Positions 58,216-64,000 of a DNA stretch of 64,000 bases are shown one piece after another; within the stretch, counting starts at the first letter, position 1; the number at the start of each line of letters is the position of its first letter. The notes beneath the pieces are model-generated. The model ran no database searches and was not told where the DNA came from. It saw only the letters and a program-made list of their open reading frames with translations. The translations under genes and the position numbers were made by a program. The stretch is from Octopus vulgaris (taxonomy: Eukaryota), in contig OX597824.1 of assembly GCA_951406725.2 (NCBI GenBank), forward strand, positions 42,904,001-42,968,000, given 5' to 3'.

Positions 58216-58242
58216 CATGTATATATATGTGTATGTATGTAA

Positions 58243-58292
<50 letters not shown>

Positions 58293-58949
58293 GTATGTAT
58301 ATATATATATACATACAAATATGGCGGACTTACCCTGCACAAATGATTATGCTTATAGTAATCAATATTCGTGCCGTGCTTTAGCTCACTCTCTCTCCAT
58401 CAAAATAACGTTGCCTGTACCGGTGCACGCTGTGCCAAACGTCAGGTACTGAAGTAATCGAAGAGCAACATGGGACGATGTGTTTTGCTCAAGAGCACAA
58501 CGCACCACCTGATCCAGGAATTGAATCCAAGATCGCATCAAATCGTAAATCCTTTTGGTGCATTATAATCAAATGAATAATAACAGACGATGGATATTAT
58601 TACAGCTCAATACAGCTGTTTCTCACGCAGTTTTTTAAAATAGAAGAATGAGAAAATTTCTTCATTACAAAAACCGGTAATCATCAGATGAAAGATAATT
58701 TCACAAACAAAAAAATATGCCAAGAATACGGCAGGGACGTGGCTGAAGTCTGTCGAGGCTAACTATGAAATGGGAGAATGCCCAACAAAATTGGCCGCTG
58801 TGGGGTTAGGTTAAGAATATAGTTTGTGAAAGGGTATGATATGATATTTAAGATCGGCGAATCAGGTGAAATAGGAGTCAGCTAGACTGGTTCTTTGATA
58901 GGCTAGAGGTGAGGAGTAGGTCGTATTCTATTATATTAAGGTGGTGAGA

Positions 58950-59365
58950 TGACACGCCGGGCGAAATGCTTGGCGGTATTTCGTCAGTTTTTACGTTCTC
59001 AGTTCAAATTCCGCCGAGGTCGACTTTGCCTTTCATCCTTCCGGGGTTGATAAATTAAGTACCAATTACGCAATGGGGTCGATGTAATCGACTTAATTCC
59101 TTTGTCTGTCCTTGTTTGTCCCCTCTATATTTAGCCCCTTGTGGGCAATAAAGAAATAAGAAACGTTAGCACGCCGGGCAAAATGCTTAGCGGTATTCTG
59201 TCTGTCTTTACGTTCTGTGTTTAAATTTCGCCGCGGTTGACTTTACCCTTCATCCTTTCGGGATCGATAAATTAAGTACCAGTTGCGTACTGGAGTCGAT
59301 CTAATCGACTAACCTCCTCCCCCAAAATTCCGGGCCTTGTGCTTGGAGTAGAAAAGGATATTTTA
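58950..59365 (+). mobile_element. Head-to-tail SINE C dimer (Tx1-like tail copy followed by a type-1 tail copy)
   Basis: First unit ends GCCCCTTGTGGGCAATAAAGAAA (59134-59156); second ends ggccttgtgcttggagtagaaaagg. Confidence 0.85.
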
Positions 59366-59639
59366 TTATACTAGGCTTAGAGAAGTGGGTAGCTGGGAAA
59401 GGACCGAAGATAAAAAGTAAAAAGTAAAATGTGAATAAATATAAATGCATAAATAAAGCCAATTGAGCATGGGATCGGGGTTTAGGATTCGCTAGCTAAG
59501 GGCAAAGAACAAAGGTAGGAGGGCAGGGATACACAGAAATTAGGGGTATTCTGCGGATATAGGTTGAATGTTTTGGGGAAGCTACGAAAGCAACCAAATT
59601 ATAATTTCTAGCTGTTAAGGAATTGTAGTGTTATGCTCG

Positions 59640-59800
59640 ATTGGTTTATCTGGTAAAGGGAAAAGTTGTAGGATGTGATGTGAGTATTTGCTGTGGTGCT
59701 CTTATTTTCACTGTATTGAAAGTGTTTTACGTAGGATGTGTGGGGTGCCTAGTAGTGCTATTTTCTGTATGGTATGTATACTAGTAAGTCCTGGTGTTTT
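59640..59800 (-). mobile_element. R4/Dong-type LINE extreme 3' end
   Basis: TPGLTSIHTIQKIALLGTPHILRKTLSIQ*. Confidence 0.75.
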
Positions 59801-59803
59801 ATT

Positions 59804-59892
<89 letters not shown>

Positions 59893-59900
59893 TTTTATTA

Positions 59901-59985
<85 letters not shown>

Positions 59986-60046
59986 CATTATTATTTTTTT
60001 TATTATTATTGCTGTTGTTGTTGTTGCTTTGTTGTTATTGTTATTA

Positions 60047-60592
60047 TTGAATGAGATAGCAATGCATGCCTTCAAAGTGACACTGGGGTAAAATATTCGA
60101 AGCCCAATATACCCATCATGACTACCCGTCTGATAAGGGTACACCAGACACATGCATAACAACCATGTGTGTGCGACAAGGTGATGTCATATCAAGATAA
60201 ACAATGCATGACCTTGCAAGCGGGGTCCAGTTAGAATTTTGTTCAAGTTGAGCAGCTCATCCTGTTCAAAAGGTCTATGAATAAGGTTTATTTAAAGATG
60301 ATGAATGACATACCCACGTTTCCAGTGGTGAATTATCCAAACCCAAAAGAATTCCTCTCAATACATGGCTATGATGCTTCCCCACTAATTCTGCTCGTGA
60401 TCAATTATGCACATATCGTTAGCCACTAAGGAATATGCTCAACTGGTTATGGTCAAACAACTGACAAGCAAATCTGTGGTATTGATAAGAATATTTGCTT
60501 TAGCCCATCTTTTATACCAAGATAAAACAATGTACATGATAACAATTCCAATCAGTTAAGATGAGAAGTGTTATCATGTACATTGTTTTGTC
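60047..60592 (-). mobile_element. Element D with a short fold-back at its 5' end
   Basis: Collinear with 15034-15550; 60564-60592 is the reverse complement of 60520-60548. Confidence 0.85.
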
Positions 60593-60662
<70 letters not shown>

Positions 60663-61159
60663 GTTATTTTCCTCATCATCATCATCATCTTTATTGTTGT
60701 TGTTGTTATTATTATTGTTACTATTATTATTGTTGTTGTTATTCTTATTATTTTTATTTAGATTTTTATTTGTACTGCCTTTATTTTTACTGAATATTTT
60801 GAGCTTTCTAATACCAGTACCCCCCATTTAAATGGTTAATATTAATAGCTATGCTATTTCTTAGTGTCTCATTGTTAATTATGAGTAGTTATTCTCCCAT
60901 TTCATAGTTAGCCTCTACAGACTTCAGCCATGTCCTTGCCGTATTCCTGAGATATTCTTTTGTTTGTGAAATTATGTTTCATCTTATGATTACGTTTTTT
61001 TTGTAATGAGGTAATGTCTCGTTCTTCTATTTAAAAATGCGTAAGAAACAGCCGTTATTATTCATAACAGCTATTATGAATAGTATTCACATAAAATGTT
61101 ATGTGTTTTATTCATATTAAATGCGTAAGAAACGCCTGTTATTATTCATTTGCTTATAT

Positions 61160-61216
<57 letters not shown>

Positions 61217-61258
61217 TATGAGGGTAGAGACATTAAAAAATCAAATGCAAAGGTTATT

Positions 61259-61310
61259 TGAGAACGTACGTTTCAAGATTAGTCAAATCGACACTTCTAT
61301 CATCAGCTCA
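61259..61310 (-). ncRNA. Minimal type-I hammerhead ribozyme
   Basis: Exact inverse of 61748-61799. Confidence 0.8.
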
Positions 61311-61747
61311 GAACTCCCTGGTTTGGATTTGAAAACACTGAAAGCGGGAACATACCCTTTCGGCCTGTTATCGCTTCTGAAGATCTGTTCAAAACTAACA
61401 GTGTTAGCAAATTCAAATATGCAAACGAAGAATTTCTGCTCTCCCCTTTCCACCAGCGTGGGTTAAAATCAGCAAACATTATGCTTTTTTTCGGTAAAAT
61501 CCGAGGCATTATATAGAGAGAGATGAATTATAATTTCAACAATTGAGGGTAAAATTAATTAATTAATCAATTTCACCAAGTATTCAGTATACAAAGGGAC
61601 CATTTAAATACAAAGGGACCAGAAATTCTTCGTTTGCATATTTGAATTTGCTAACACTGTTAGTTTTGAACAGATCTTCAGAAGCGATAACAGGCCGAAA
61701 GGGTATGTTCCCGCTTTCAGTGTTTTCAAATCCAAACCAGGGAGTTC

Positions 61748-61799
61748 TGAGCTGATGATAGAAGTGTCGATTTGACTAATCTTGAAACGTACGTTCTCA
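61748..61799 (+). ncRNA. Minimal type-I hammerhead ribozyme
   Basis: TGAG CTGATGA T AGA AGT GTC GATTT GAC TAA TCT T GAAAC GTAC GTT CTCA; palindromic AACGTACGTT. Confidence 0.8.
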
Positions 61800-62078
61800 A
61801 ATAACCTTTGCATTTGATTTTTTAATGTCTCTACCCTCATACTTTCGTGAGTTGAATTGAGCAAACACTATACGAGAGAGATTTTCTTTAAGTATTGGAG
61901 ATAGTTTTAAAAAGTTTTTTTAGCTGCTATTTCTAATGAGTTCAGTATGCGGCAAAGTAATTTATTTTACTAAGCCCTTTTATATAATGTAATAATTTGA
62001 ATTCGCCTTAAATGGTCCCTTTGTATACTGAATACTTGGTGAAATTGATTAATTAATTAATTTTACCCTCAATTGTTG

Positions 62079-62156
<78 letters not shown>

Positions 62157-62166
62157 CATACATACA

Positions 62167-62202
<36 letters not shown>

Positions 62203-62254
62203 TATATATGTAAATTAATAAAAATAAAAATAAAAACATGATGCCAAGGATTCA

Positions 62255-62332
62255 GCGGTACATATGTTTCGGGCCTTTATTAGACGGATTTATAACAATG
62301 CATAATGTGTGTCTATGGCCTTCTTCAGCCGC
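62255..62332 (-). ncRNA. Minimal type-I hammerhead ribozyme
   Basis: GCGG CTGAAGA A GGCC A TAGAC..GTCTA ATAAA GGCC C GAAAC ATAT GTA CCGC. Confidence 0.85.
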
Positions 62333-62466
62333 GCACAATTACTACCTCAAGGACATGTATTACATCAAAAATTCTACGTTGGGGATGCAAATCCTCTCAT
62401 TCGCGTACGACATAATGCGGCACCAGCACAAAAATGAAGCGTCCATCCCGTCCTTCTCTCAATGTA

Positions 62467-62536
<70 letters not shown>

Positions 62537-62886
62537 CATACATACATACATGTATGTATGTATGTATGTATATGCCTGTTTGTGGGTGTAACATTTTGTG
62601 TTGGTAAACAGTAAAAAATGTAGAAAACGATAAAACGTTCAGTAATGCTAAGATCCTATAGCATTACTAAATGTAGAGTCAAATTTATTAATCATATTAG
62701 AATTGACAGAGGCTGCAGGCTTCATGTTAGCGGTTTATTAGTCGGTTGAATAAGCTGTTCAATTGAAAGCTGAAGTTCAAGTCAACTTAAACATGGTTCA
62801 TACATATGGACCCACGATCGTACACGTGCACCCACACAAGCACACATGCATAATACAGAATACATACATACGTACATAATTACATA

Positions 62887-62937
<51 letters not shown>

Positions 62938-63099
62938 TCTTTTATTCTTTTACTTGTTTCAGCCATTTGACTGCGGAATTGGGTGCTTAAATTGAGGCAC
63001 CTTGTCAGTTTGCTATATTCCGCACAGCTTAACAATATTATTTGAATAATGAATATCAAGACTACGTGTAGAAGTGTTTGTACCTAATATTCCTGTCGT

Positions 63100-63345
63100 G
63101 TGTGTGTGTGTTTGAATTTGTCCCCTACAGCTGCATGACAACTTATGTTGGTTTATTTACATCTCCGTAAAAACTTAGAGTTTGGGCAGAAGAATCCGAT
63201 GAAAGAAGTACCAAACAGAAAAAAACCCCAATAGAATAAGTACCTGATTTACAAAAATAAGTACTGTAAGCGATTTGTTCGGCTAAAACGTTTAAAGGCA
63301 ATGCTCCGGCATGGACGTAGTCCAATGGCTGAAAAAAGTAAAAAA
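63100..63345 (+). mobile_element. SINE family B 3' half (old)
   Basis: atagaataagtac..gatttgttcggctaaa..gctccggcatggacgtagtccaatggctgaaa. Confidence 0.7.
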
Positions 63346-63365
63346 AACAAAAGAGATAGATAGAC

Positions 63366-63412
<47 letters not shown>

Positions 63413-63452
63413 CAGGCAGAATGATAGACAGACAGACAGCTAGCTAGCTAGC

Positions 63453-63611
<159 letters not shown>

Positions 63612-63834
63612 AGAGTCAGTTAGTGATTCACTTGATTGTCAGTCGGAGATTCATGCGTGCGTTGTACATGTACATACAAGACTCGTACAATGAGTCAGAC
63701 AATTGCACAATGAATAAAGTAATGTCCGCATCATAATATCTAAGCTGATTCTAATTGACCAAGGCGAGTTGCGAGATGAAATATGAGGCAAAAGGCGCAT
63801 AGACAAATGCATGTATGTCAAATAGCATACACCA

Positions 63835-64000
63835 TAGTGGCACTCCGTCGGTGTAACCGACGAGGGTTCCAGTTGATGCAATCAACAGAACAGCTTCCTC
63901 GTGAAATTAACGTGCAAGTGGTTGAGCACTCCGTAGACATGTGTACCCTTAACGTAACTCTCAGTGACATCCAGCCTGTCACAGAATGTGACAAGACTGG
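63835..64000 (-). mobile_element. SINE family A 3' part (runs off the window)
   Basis: Matches 6430-6590. Confidence 0.85.

Larger units (their letters stand above)
58610..61055. repeat. ~170-bp inverted repeat pair (58610-58780 and 60890-61055) ending in half-hammerhead GAAACAGC(T/C)GT
   Basis: attctcccatttcatagttagcctc.acagacttcagcca.gtcc.tgccgtattc is present on opposite strands. Confidence 0.75.
61213..62086. mobile_element. Young Penelope-like insertion with interleaved inverted repeats
   Basis: 61213-61438 is the reverse complement of 61620-61845 (the ORF track gives the same peptide on both strands); 61529-61607 is the reverse complement of 62008-62086; (TA)n flanks. Confidence 0.9.

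Overview
This is AT-rich, microsatellite-dense eukaryotic DNA. The SINE families look octopod/cephalopod-like, which is inferred from sequence recognition only. No host protein-coding gene is supported, and nearly all listed ORFs are simple-repeat artefacts. The window is a mosaic of mobile DNA: three main tRNA-headed SINE families (A, B, C), RTE fragments, several R4/Dong-type restriction-endonuclease LINE fragments in (TAA)n, a ~560-bp non-autonomous (TAA)n-embedded element, Tx1/L1-clade LINEs and derivatives, and Tc1/mariner relics. Two things stand out. (1) At least ten sequence-diverse minimal type-I hammerhead ribozyme motifs, including U3-A8 covariant cores, sit in Penelope-like terminal-repeat remnants. 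Many of these remnants form long palindromes in (TA)n tracts, and a related motif lies in an 833-bp tandem array. (2) A Tx1-centred set of elements shares one 3' stem-loop/AATAAAGAAA end: a young ORF2 fragment in (TATC)n, an RT-deleted copy, a SINE variant and, more loosely, an ORF1-only HAL1-like element with a 12-bp TSD inserted in a SINE tRNA head. All coordinates were read by eye and may be off by a few bases.
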